Below are positions 22,621 through 30,736 of a DNA stretch of 36,835 nucleotides, piece by piece. A program made the position numbers and the translations under genes. The notes beneath the pieces were generated by a model that ran no database searches, was not told where the DNA came from, and was given only the letters and a program-made list of their open reading frames with translations. The DNA comes from Patescibacteria group bacterium (lineage in GTDB: Bacteria; Patescibacteriota; Saccharimonadia; CAILAD01; BJGX01). The stretch is taken from the NCBI GenBank assembly GCA_026397045.1, contig JAPLVO010000013.1, positions 1 to 36,835 on the forward strand. The letters are read 5' to 3'. The number at the start of each line of letters is the position of its first letter. Within the stretch, counting starts at the first letter, position 1.

Positions 22621-23885
22621 TAAATCTCGATTTCTTTTCCAGCAATTATAATTTTAGTGACACCCGCTACGGCACCAAGCTTAATGAGTTGCCTGGTAAT
22701 CCCTTTGCGGCCCAGGATGTGCTGGAGTCTTTGGATTGATTGATACTGGTCCGTATTCGTTCGTTTGGCGAAGCCTTCTATATCCTTCCCGGTAACCACA
22801 AAACTTTTGCCCTTTTTAGTGATATCCCACATTGCAGAGTCGTCCAGGCGGATGACTGGTATCTCGTTAACGACCATCTCCTCCTTATTACTTACTTTAA
22901 TATCTTCCAATAGTATTTTAGTTGCTCTCAGCAGTGCAGTTAGGCCTGTGCTAGCTACAGAGGAAATACTGTATAGGCTATTTTTGGGTGTTTTTGAAAC
23001 CCTAGATAACTCTGATAGCTTTTTGCCAATATCCTGCTTAGGAACGCTCTCTACCTTCGTGAGCACGACCATTTGAGGCCTTGAGGATAAATCTATTTTA
23101 TATTCCTTAAGCTCTTTTTGGATAGTTTTATAATCGTCGCCTATTGTATCAGATGTAGCATCGATGAGGTGCAGTAGCACCTTGGTTCTCTCAACATGCC
23201 TCAGAAAATCATCACCCAGACCCTTCCCCTTACTAGCTCCGTCTATCAAGCCAGGGATATCGGCCACCAAAAATCCACTACTATCTATATCAACAACCCC
23301 TAGATTGGGCTCTAAGGTAGTAAATGGATAATTGGCTATCTTGGGCTTAGCATTTGATATCACTGACAATAGTGTTGATTTGCCAGCATTTGGCAGCCCT
23401 ATCAGCCCGACATCAGCTACCAGTTTGAGCTCGAATGTAAGTTGTTTCTTCTCGCCAAATTCTCCTAGCTCGGAGACCCTTGGGGACCGTCTCACCGAGC
23501 TAATGAAATGGGCATTACCAAAACCCCCTCTTCCTCCATGGGCAATAATTGCCTCGTCGCCAACTTTTTCGAGGTCGGCTAAAATAACTTCATTTTCTAT
23601 TACCAGCGTACCCGGGGGGACAACTAGCTCGATGTTATCGCCAGCTTTGCCTCTCTTTTTGTTATTACCCCCATTAACCCCTTCTGCAGCTTGCCAGGTC
23701 TTACTGGAACGGTACCTGGAAAGCGTGCTGGTATTATGATCGGCGCGCACCACAATACTCCCGCCATCGCCGCCATCGCCGCCATCTGGGCCGCCTTTGG
23801 CGTTTGCGCGCGAGCTATTAAAGCTAACGATTCCATCGCCGCCCTTTCCAGCTTCCATTTTTACCTTCGCTACATCTGCAAACAT
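22620..23885 (-). CDS. obg: GTPase Obg/CgtA with C-terminal OCT domain
   Basis: MFADVAKVKMEAGKGGDGIVSF and the Gly-rich Obg fold, G1 GLPNAGKSTLL, and a C-terminal domain. ATG23885 gives the canonical N-terminus. The ORF-track TTG23924 lies upstream of the promoter. Confidence 0.92.
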   Translation of the reverse strand: MFADVAKVKMEAGKGGDGIVSFNSSRANAKGGPDGGDGGDGGSIVVRADHNTSTLSRYRSSKTWQAAEGVNGGNNKKRGKAGDNIELVVPPGTLVIENEVILADLEKVGDEAIIAHGGRGGFGNAHFISSVRRSPRVSELGEFGEKKQLTFELKLVADVGLIGLPNAGKSTLLSVISNAKPKIANYPFTTLEPNLGVVDIDSSGFLVADIPGLIDGASKGKGLGDDFLRHVERTKVLLHLIDATSDTIGDDYKTIQKELKEYKIDLSSRPQMVVLTKVESVPKQDIGKKLSELSRVSKTPKNSLYSISSVASTGLTALLRATKILLEDIKVSNKEEMVVNEIPVIRLDDSAMWDITKKGKSFVVTGKDIEGFAKRTNTDQYQSIQRLQHILGRKGITRQLIKLGAVAGVTKIIIAGKEIEI

Positions 23886-23891
23886 TATCGC

Positions 23892-23920
23892 AATATACCA
23901 TATTTTAGGTATATTTTCAA
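23892..23920 (-). promoter_or_regulatory. obg promoter TTGAAA-N17-TATATT (with TG extension), 6 nt upstream of ATG23885 (leaderless)
   Basis: On the minus strand: TTGAAA (23920-23915), 17-nt spacer ending in TGG, TATATT (23897-23892), GCGATA, then ATG. Confidence 0.55.
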
Positions 23921-23957
23921 GCAAATAGCCAGTGCGACTTAAATTCTCTAACGCTTT

Positions 23958-25070
23958 TTAGTAGATGTATATGAAATTACTAGCCGGTGCGCTACCAGAG
24001 TTTACTCTACCCCAGCCAGCTGGGCCGTTCATTTCTGTGTAATACACAGTGCTGCCTTCAACTCTCTCAATATACACAACATGATTAGCCAGATATTTAG
24101 CTACTCCGGCAGAACCAGCTACTGGGCTATTACCCACTGTCATACCGGCTCGTGGAGCATTGTAGGGCCACTGGTTAGCATTACCGAGCGAGCTTGCTAC
24201 ATACCTGCGGTTAGCTACATACCAGGTGCAGTAGCCATATGAGTAGTTATTACCAGCAGAGGCGGTCATGCTATATGCCGAAGCTGCTCCTGACTTGACG
24301 CCAGTAGATAGGCTACCTACCCGAACAGTTGGGGCAACAACAGCAGGCTTGATGCCGTCGGGGATAATGAGCTTAGCCCCTGCACCAATAGCCTTGCCCT
24401 CGAGGGCGTTAAAGCTATCTATCAACGAGGCACTACTTTGGTACTTAGTCGCTAGTAGCGAGATATCATCACCTTCCTGAGCAGTATACATTATACCGTT
24501 CACAGGCAAGATGGTAAGCTCAGAATCCTGTTTAATATTATCGCCGTCCTGGATATCATTGGCCCACTTTATCGTGTCCGATGTAATGTTGAATTTAGAT
24601 GCTAAAGTATCTAGGTTATCGCCAGGCTTAACCTTATAAGTTATAACATCACGGCTTACCGCACCTGAGGCTATAACTGAGGATTTATTGGACAAAAAAT
24701 CATCGCCTGATGTAGCTAATGAACTAATATTAGTTAGCTCTCGAGCCTGTTGAGCGATATCTTGAGCTATAAGACTTTGTGTTCCTGAGGCTAACACAGC
24801 CCCAGTGGCGATCATAGAAGTCTGGTTCTTGGACGAACCAATACCCTTGGTGCTAATGGCCAGGCTAGAATTAATCCTGCCGGCAGTAGCTACGCCGATT
24901 ATTACTATTAAAGCTGCTGCATGAAATGCATAGCGGCCATATTTAGTCTTCTGATTTAATATTGCAGTGCCCGCACCAGCATTACTGGCTTGGCTGGAAT
25001 ATTCTTTTTTAGATGAGGCCGAAACCTCTTCAATGTTTGTTTGAGAAAAAGTGTCTTGCCCAACGCCCAC
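23958..25070 (-). CDS. Secreted peptidoglycan hydrolase: TM anchor, two LysM domains and a C-terminal CHAP (NlpC/P60-like) amidase/peptidase
   Basis: LysM repeats (YKVKPGDNLDTLASKFNITSDTIKWAN; YTAQEGDDISLLATKYQSS). CHAP-like YGYCTWYVANRR...HVVYIERV (Cys/His). The ORF-track start is GTG25070 with no SD. An in-frame ATT at 25121 sits 6 nt after a strong SD. Confidence 0.85.
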   Translation of the reverse strand: MGVGQDTFSQTNIEEVSASSKKEYSSQASNAGAGTAILNQKTKYGRYAFHAAALIVIIGVATAGRINSSLAISTKGIGSSKNQTSMIATGAVLASGTQSLIAQDIAQQARELTNISSLATSGDDFLSNKSSVIASGAVSRDVITYKVKPGDNLDTLASKFNITSDTIKWANDIQDGDNIKQDSELTILPVNGIMYTAQEGDDISLLATKYQSSASLIDSFNALEGKAIGAGAKLIIPDGIKPAVVAPTVRVGSLSTGVKSGAASAYSMTASAGNNYSYGYCTWYVANRRYVASSLGNANQWPYNAPRAGMTVGNSPVAGSAGVAKYLANHVVYIERVEGSTVYYTEMNGPAGWGRVNSGSAPASNFIYIY

Positions 25071-25121
25071 GAAATTTTCGGGACGAACTTGTAAGGGGAA
25101 TCCTACTACTTTTCTACTAAT

Positions 25122-25330
25122 AAACTTCTCCTTTGTACCTGTTATTCATTACTATCGTATATGGTACTTAAAATAGACTGCAACTTGTCTGTCCTCAATT
25201 AATGAGCCGGGGGTTTCGACCGAAATTATCCCCTAAATCTGACAAGTCGATGCAGGTAAATTTAAATGATAAACTCACAAACCCTGCTTACGCAGGAATT
25301 AGACACAGTGCTTATCCTTTGAATTTACGT
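25122..25330 (-). promoter_or_regulatory. Long structured 5' leader of the LysM/CHAP gene (candidate riboswitch or attenuator)
   Basis: A GNRA hairpin CCTGC-GTAA-GCAGG lies at 25283-25296. A 78-nt three-way junction spans 25178-25255, closed by CUGCA..ACUUGUC/GACAAGU.GCAG, with inner hairpins GGGG..UUUC-GGUC-GAAA-CCCC and CUCA-UUAAU-UGAG. UCUAUUUU follows it. Confidence 0.4.
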
Positions 25331-25336
25331 GGGTAT

Positions 25337-25365
25337 AGTCTACCAATAGCACGAGGGACTGTCAA
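25337..25365 (-). promoter_or_regulatory. Promoter TTGACA-N17-TAGACT for the LysM/CHAP leader
   Basis: On the minus strand: TTGACA (25365-25360), 17-nt spacer, TAGACT (25342-25337). Confidence 0.45.
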
Positions 25366-25372
25366 GTAGCAC

Positions 25373-25396
25373 TTTATGCCTACACAAAGGCATAAA
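25373..25396 (-). terminator. Hairpin just after the mltG stop (weak terminator candidate)
   Basis: TTTATGCC-8 nt-GGCATAAA. There is no clear U-run. Confidence 0.35.
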
Positions 25397-25400
25397 ATAC

Positions 25401-26522
25401 CTAGTTAAGGTATCTTTCGATGTTTTGCTGGTGTTCCTGGTAGGTTTTAGCGAATACTCCCTTGCCATTTTTATCTGCCAAAAAGAACAAATACTCGGAT
25501 ACAGCAGGGTTTGCAGTTGCCATAATTGCTTCAAGACCAGGGTTACAGATTGGCCCTAATGGTAGACCGCTGACCCGATAAGTATTATAAGGGGAGTCTA
25601 TTTTGAGGTCGGCTGGTAGAGTTTGTGTTTTACCTGTGGCATAATTTACCGTTACATCACTCTCTAGTTTCATACCAATCTTAAGACGATTATAAAAAAC
25701 GCTGGCAACGAGCTTCCGATCCTCGAGAGTATTTGCCTCTTTCTCGACAATTGAAGCCAGCGTGATTAAATCATTTAATTTAGTAGAGTTGGCAATATCT
25801 GGACTGAGCTTGGGGATAACTTGAGCAGCAAAGCTATCGAGCATCGATGAAATCTGCTCTTGTGGAGTCGATGATAGGAGGATATCGTATGTTGCTGGGA
25901 AGAGATAACCCTCCAGGCTGTCTTTATTGGATCGATATGCGAGGAATGCCTGTGTATAAGAATTAGGCGGCTTAGAGGCCTTAATAAAGGCTTGGGCGTC
26001 TCCGAGACCCGATTTAGCCCATTTTCGGGCCATTTCCTCAATAGTTAAACCTTCCTGAAAGGTAACCTTTTCGGTCGAGATAGCCCCTGACCCTAATAAG
26101 TCCGCGATCCTCGCGAGGCTCATGGATGGGCTTAGTAAATAACTCCCTGGCCTAAGATTGCCCCTTGAAGGGCCAAATTTAGCATAAATAGCGAATAGGC
26201 TTTTATTAGTAATAAGCCCCTCGCTAGCTAGCCTAGCGGCTATACTATCGATGCTACTCCCTTGCTCTACCTTAAAAACTACATTTGCATCATCACGGCT
26301 ATTTTTTGGGCTACTAATACCTATTACAAGCCATGCCACCAGGATCATGGACAGCATTATAGCCACACCGACGATTATGAGTATCGGTTTTTTAAGTTTG
26401 TTTTTCTTGGAGGAAGGACTCGAGGATAATACAGGCGGCGTATTGGTCGATGATATCTCTAGTTCGGCTGGAGATTCTACTGGGGATCCTTTGCTTGGCT
26501 TGTTCGGTTGTGAGTGCTTCAT
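25401..26522 (-). CDS. mltG: Endolytic murein transglycosylase MltG (YceG-like)
   Basis: N-terminal TM anchor and a YceG core LITLASIVEKEANTLEDRKLVASVFYNRLKIGMKLESDVTVNYA. ATG26522 is the only start upstream of the TM helix. Confidence 0.88.
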   Translation of the reverse strand: MKHSQPNKPSKGSPVESPAELEISSTNTPPVLSSSPSSKKNKLKKPILIIVGVAIMLSMILVAWLVIGISSPKNSRDDANVVFKVEQGSSIDSIAARLASEGLITNKSLFAIYAKFGPSRGNLRPGSYLLSPSMSLARIADLLGSGAISTEKVTFQEGLTIEEMARKWAKSGLGDAQAFIKASKPPNSYTQAFLAYRSNKDSLEGYLFPATYDILLSSTPQEQISSMLDSFAAQVIPKLSPDIANSTKLNDLITLASIVEKEANTLEDRKLVASVFYNRLKIGMKLESDVTVNYATGKTQTLPADLKIDSPYNTYRVSGLPLGPICNPGLEAIMATANPAVSEYLFFLADKNGKGVFAKTYQEHQQNIERYLN

Positions 26523-26823
26523 CTTGTAATTGGATATCTATATTGTAGCTGCTAGAAAGCTTGCTAGCAAACAGTTCGGCTTTATTTGTCTGCTTAGTGT
26601 TCTCGCCTTCTAGATTACGAGGCCTGCCAACCACGACTTGGGATGGACTATACTGGCTTAACAGGTCTTTAATAATGCCCCACATTTGAGGGTTATTTGG
26701 TATTGTAATTAAAGCTTCGGCTGAAGCCTGTTCCGCAGGCTTCAGAGCGACACCAACTCGCACATCCCCATAGTCAAAGGCCATCACCACTGCTTCGTAG
26801 TCGGGCTGGGTGATATCAAGCAT
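26392..26823 (-). CDS. ruvX: Putative pre-16S rRNA nuclease / Holliday junction resolvase RuvX (YqgF)
   Basis: VMAFDYGDVRVGVAL N-terminus, QDEALTTEQAK and IIDQYAACIILESFL at the C-terminus. 143 aa. Confidence 0.85.
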   Translation of the reverse strand: MLDITQPDYEAVVMAFDYGDVRVGVALKPAEQASAEALITIPNNPQMWGIIKDLLSQYSPSQVVVGRPRNLEGENTKQTNKAELFASKLSSSYNIDIQLQDEALTTEQAKQRIPSRISSRTRDIIDQYAACIILESFLQEKQT

Positions 26824-26824
26824 A

Positions 26825-28471
26825 CTAATTTGTAGAAACCTTAATATCTACTGTTATTTTGCCCGCTAAAATAGGCATATTGGGCATCAAACTCGGCCAT
26901 GTCTCGACTTCGGCGCCGGTGATTTGCTCGGCTTTTTGTCTAACTATGTCAGATATGTCTTTTTTAGATTTACCTGCAGCTTCCTTAGCTATGGCGTCCT
27001 TGTCTATTGGGTCTCCATAGAACGCCGAGGTTTTAACACCAAGCTGAATTTTGTCCGTGCTAAATTGTTTTATAAGAGTGTATTTGCCCTCCGATACACC
27101 ATTTTGGTAAACTTGCTTATTGCCCTTGAGCTCATCCTCCACTTGCTTGTCAAATAGCGCATCAATATCGGTGTTTTTAGCTGCGAAGCCAGTGTACTTT
27201 ATCTTAGTAGTAACATTGACCTTATCGGCTTCAGAATCCTGAGGGACTGAAGTGTTGAAATCTACAAAGTCGCTTTGGATAGTTTCAGTGAACAATTTCA
27301 TATCGCTACCTGCTTTTTTGGACAAATCATCTTTTGCAGAGGTTGACTCCTGTTCAGCTTTCTTCCTGGCCCCGGAAATATCTTCGGCCGACAAAATAGT
27401 GACGGTCTTGGTGGATCCACCGCTGGTCTGACCCGAAGACTTGTAGAGGCTCGAATAGCCTGCAATAGAGAAGTTGGTCGGGCCAACATTATATGGCTCT
27501 CCTGGAGCAGATGCAGTGATCTGAACATCGATGCTATCTGAGCAAGCCACAACTCCCCCGCCAGCAACGCCAGCTGGTATTGTTGCGGTCTGAAGAGTTG
27601 TAAAGTTCTTGCCGCCACCAGAAACAACACTCCCCGCGGGCAAGCTATGAGTGCTAACATCATCACAATTTTTAACTGCCAAAGTACCTGTGGCCTTGTT
27701 GCCTACTTCTTTTTTACCTGTTGCTATAATCTCAAAGCTGAGGTCCTTATTAACCTCTAATTTTTTTGCGGCTAAGGTTTGAGTCGATGGGTCAGAAGAG
27801 CTGGAGGCTGCGTCGAGTATAAAATTAAAATCTAGGCTGGCTTTTTTGGCCTTTGCTAGAATAGTTACTTTACCGGTCGGTACAAACACATATAATAGTA
27901 TAAACACAATGGCCGTAACCCCCGTTATGGCAGCGAGCCAGATTCTCTTATTGAGTTTGCCATAATCAGGGACTTTCTTGCCTTTGCTGCCTTTCAGGCT
28001 ATCAGGCTTAGTGGCCCTACTTAGCTCATCGACCTCCCCCTCGTCATCACTCAAGCTAATATGCTTGGCCTCAAAACCTGATGAGCTAGTTGATTTTGAC
28101 TCTTTAGGCTGGGCTTCTTGGGAGGGCTCTATAATTTCTATATCTTTATCTTTCGGGGCTATGCCATTTATATCTGGCACTTGAGCAGAAGCCTTTACCG
28201 AAGAGGCGACTGCCAAGCCAGCTGATCCTGCTAAATTCTTAGTTATCTTGTCATTTGTGACTAGCACCAGATCTTTCTTAGAATCCTGAGCCGCCTTTTT
28301 GAGAAGCTTAACATTTACTGAACTTTGCAGCAACGCAGAACGAGATGGCACTACTAGCCTGACTTCCTGGTCTTTAGCCTCTTTGAGCTGTTCTATGGCT
28401 TCTGTAATTTCTGTATCCGCGTCTAAATACAACACACCTGGGTTGGGGTTTTTAACATTAGAGTTACTCAT
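26825..28471 (-). CDS. Hypothetical bitopic membrane protein (cytoplasmic N-domain, one TM, large Ser/Thr/Gly-rich ectodomain)
   Basis: 548 aa with a TM helix IWLAAITGVTAIVFILLYVFV near residue 180. Its stop is 1 nt before the ruvX ATG. No family recognised. Confidence 0.6.
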   Translation of the reverse strand: MSNSNVKNPNPGVLYLDADTEITEAIEQLKEAKDQEVRLVVPSRSALLQSSVNVKLLKKAAQDSKKDLVLVTNDKITKNLAGSAGLAVASSVKASAQVPDINGIAPKDKDIEIIEPSQEAQPKESKSTSSSGFEAKHISLSDDEGEVDELSRATKPDSLKGSKGKKVPDYGKLNKRIWLAAITGVTAIVFILLYVFVPTGKVTILAKAKKASLDFNFILDAASSSSDPSTQTLAAKKLEVNKDLSFEIIATGKKEVGNKATGTLAVKNCDDVSTHSLPAGSVVSGGGKNFTTLQTATIPAGVAGGGVVACSDSIDVQITASAPGEPYNVGPTNFSIAGYSSLYKSSGQTSGGSTKTVTILSAEDISGARKKAEQESTSAKDDLSKKAGSDMKLFTETIQSDFVDFNTSVPQDSEADKVNVTTKIKYTGFAAKNTDIDALFDKQVEDELKGNKQVYQNGVSEGKYTLIKQFSTDKIQLGVKTSAFYGDPIDKDAIAKEAAGKSKKDISDIVRQKAEQITGAEVETWPSLMPNMPILAGKITVDIKVSTN

Positions 28472-28478
28472 ACCTGAT

Positions 28479-28484
28479 ATTATA
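28479..28484 (-). promoter_or_regulatory. -10 box TATAAT, 7 nt upstream of ATG28471 (leaderless pattern)
   Basis: Minus strand reads TATAAT-ATCAGGT-ATG with no SD. Confidence 0.45.
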
Positions 28485-28612
28485 CCTCAAGAAGTTTAGC
28501 TTGGGTATCTAGCGTTCGACTTTAATCTATAATTTAGGTCAAAATCGGGCCAATAGACAGCTAAACACCCCTTCGTTACAGAAGCGGATAGCTCCCCGAA
28601 AGGGTGATTAAA

Positions 28613-29329
28613 TTATTTGGCTTGGATTGCTTCTAGTTCTAGCTGATGGCCCCTGAGGCTCATATGCGCTAGGGGTAGAGATAATACTAAAAGGCACATT
28701 GCCATGGAAAAGCCTGCTACCACAAATGGGAATCCGAAGCCGACAAAGCCGGCTGATGATTGGAGGGCGAACTTTGCCTTGCCCCACATATTTGCCCCAG
28801 ATGGCTCTACTACTTGTTTTTCTCGACAGTACTTATCGGTACTGATGGCTATAATTATTAGTCGCAGCTCATAGTAGACGGCTGGAATCATAAAAATAAG
28901 CATTGTGGCTATAACCTGAATTGGGATGATAGCCCAAGCCCCAGCTACAAGTGCTGCCATCATAGACAGATACAGGACCTTGTCGGCCACAGGATCCATT
29001 GCTTTGCCAAACCTGCTAACCGTACCTAATCCACGAGCGATTGCCCCATCTAGGCCATCGCTTAAAAGCACGACTGACATGAAAGCTAGGCCCATGTAGA
29101 GATCTAGCAAATTCCTATTTTTGTAGGAAGGATAGATCCAACAAAAAACTACTATTAACGAAAGTGGCAGCCGTAAAGTGCTGATTATATTGGCAAAATT
29201 TTTACCAAACCAATTGTTTCTTATGGGGTACAGCACGGCTACGAACGGGAAAGCTAACAACCTAAATATTGACCTTGACTTAGTGTTAAGTGCACTAATG
29301 GTGCTTTTGACAGCTATGGCAATTGTCAT
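28613..29329 (-). CDS. CDP-alcohol phosphatidyltransferase family protein (PgsA-like)
   Basis: DGLDGAIARGLGTVSRFGKAMDPVADK matches D(x)2DG(x)2AR(x)8G(x)3D(x)3D. Multiple TM helices. Confidence 0.82.
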   Translation of the reverse strand: MTIAIAVKSTISALNTKSRSIFRLLAFPFVAVLYPIRNNWFGKNFANIISTLRLPLSLIVVFCWIYPSYKNRNLLDLYMGLAFMSVVLLSDGLDGAIARGLGTVSRFGKAMDPVADKVLYLSMMAALVAGAWAIIPIQVIATMLIFMIPAVYYELRLIIIAISTDKYCREKQVVEPSGANMWGKAKFALQSSAGFVGFGFPFVVAGFSMAMCLLVLSLPLAHMSLRGHQLELEAIQAK

Positions 29330-29421
29330 GATGACTCTTTCTACTGGTAGGAACTAGTACACTATCCTAGCATAGTAAACAAATTATGTCTGTAGTATAG
29401 CGTTAATACCTAGATAAGCGT

Positions 29422-29427
29422 TACAAT
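29422..29427 (+). promoter_or_regulatory. -10 box TACAAT, 7 nt upstream of ATG29435 (leaderless pattern)
   Basis: TACAAT-AGTAACT-ATG with no SD. Confidence 0.45.
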
Positions 29428-29434
29428 AGTAACT

Positions 29435-30721
29435 ATGAAATTTAAACTGCCTAAAATAAAAAAGAGCCATGGCGATCAGTACATTGTATCGTTAGATATC
29501 GGCACTGAGTATGTAAAGGCTCTAATAGGACAAGTGGTAGATAGACCTGACAGCAAGACTGGTAAGAGCGAGCAGTGTGTAGAAATAATTGGTGTTGGCA
29601 AAAAGCGACAAAAACTAACCGATATGGCCAATGGTGCAGTAACGGACATAGCTGGAGTGGTAGATAATTGCGACGCGGCCCTGCGAAAAGCCGAAGAGCA
29701 GGCCGGCGTAGTCGCCAAAGATGCTATTCTGGGGATAGCAGGCGAACTAGTTAAGGGTGGCACGACCAGCGTTAGCTATCGTAGGGCAAAACCAGATGTC
29801 AGAATAGACGCCGCTGAGCTTCAGGACATAATAAGCCGAATCCAGAAGCAAGCACTTGATAATGTGCGAAACCAACTTCGCTGGGAGACAGGAAGCGATG
29901 ATATGGAGGTAAAGCTCGTTAACGCGGCAGTTGTAGATGTGAAGATAGACGGCTATAGAGTTACGAACCCAATAGGATTCCAGGGTAAAGATGTTACTAT
30001 CCAGGTATTTAATGCCTTTGCGCCAATGGTGCATCTAGGGGCCCTGCAAACGGTGGCATCAGATCTTGACCTCAATTGCATCAATATTGCTGCCGAGCCA
30101 TTTGCCGTAGCCAAAAGCATTGGTGCCAATGACAGCACAGAGTTCTCCGCAATATTTATAGATATAGGCGGCGGCACAAGTGATATCGCAGTGGTAAATA
30201 ATGGCGGTGTCCAGGGCACCCAAATGTTTGCAATTGGCGGACGAAGCTTTACAAAAAGAATTGCCAGTAGCCTGGGACTGAGCTTTGACGAGGCAGAGGA
30301 AATAAAACTCAAATATTCGGCCGGCAAGCTAGATTCTAAGCTAGAGAAGTCTGTCAATGAAGCTCTAAAGCCAGACATTGGAGTTTGGCTATCAGGTATT
30401 GAAATTGGCTTGGCCGAATTTGACCAACTCGATCACCTACCACCTAGAATCCTGCTATGCGGCGGAGGTAGTGCTCTGCCTGAAATTAAGAAAGCCCTAA
30501 CTACTGGCGACTGGCATAAGTCATCTGCTTTTGCTCGAAAGCCATCTGTAGACTTTGTTACCCCTAAGCAAGTTAATAGAGTAATTGACCTAACTGGCAA
30601 GCTAGACAGCCCGCAAGACATCACCCCTATGGGACTGGCAAATTTGGGATTAGATATTGTTGGCTCTAAGGGACTTGGCGAAAATATCCTTCAGCGACTG
30701 AGCCGAACTATGTCGGTTTGA
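29435..30721 (+). CDS. ftsA: FtsA-like actin-fold ATPase (cell division protein FtsA family)
   Basis: Phosphate-1 IVSLDIGTEYVKA, phosphate-2 IFIDIGGGTSDIAVV, and adenosine motif LCGGGSALPEI. No ftsZ follows it. Confidence 0.75.
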   Translation: MKFKLPKIKKSHGDQYIVSLDIGTEYVKALIGQVVDRPDSKTGKSEQCVEIIGVGKKRQKLTDMANGAVTDIAGVVDNCDAALRKAEEQAGVVAKDAILGIAGELVKGGTTSVSYRRAKPDVRIDAAELQDIISRIQKQALDNVRNQLRWETGSDDMEVKLVNAAVVDVKIDGYRVTNPIGFQGKDVTIQVFNAFAPMVHLGALQTVASDLDLNCINIAAEPFAVAKSIGANDSTEFSAIFIDIGGGTSDIAVVNNGGVQGTQMFAIGGRSFTKRIASSLGLSFDEAEEIKLKYSAGKLDSKLEKSVNEALKPDIGVWLSGIEIGLAEFDQLDHLPPRILLCGGGSALPEIKKALTTGDWHKSSAFARKPSVDFVTPKQVNRVIDLTGKLDSPQDITPMGLANLGLDIVGSKGLGENILQRLSRTMSV

Positions 30722-30723
30722 TT

Positions 30724-30729
30724 TATAAT
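30724..30729 (+). promoter_or_regulatory. -10 box TATAAT, 7 nt upstream of ATG30737 (leaderless pattern)
   Basis: TATAAT-TGAAAAT-ATG, immediately after the ftsA-like stop. No SD. Confidence 0.4.
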
Positions 30730-30736
30730 TGAAAAT

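Noticed and set aside
27298-27666. 122-aa same-strand, alternative-frame ORF inside the 548-aa gene
   Set aside because: It is an embedded off-frame ORF with Arg/Leu/Pro-rich composition and no independent signals. The long frame is the coherent one.
28561-28612. CCCCGAAAGGG-containing segment resembling the terminator modules at 11-42 and 845-876
   Set aside because: Only the short GAAA hairpin core is shared. There is no T-run and no GATACAAT, so the similarity is too short to be meaningful.
29953-30378. 141-aa minus-strand ORF inside the ftsA-like gene
   Set aside because: It is antisense to a gene with clear actin-fold ATPase motifs. Its composition is low-complexity.
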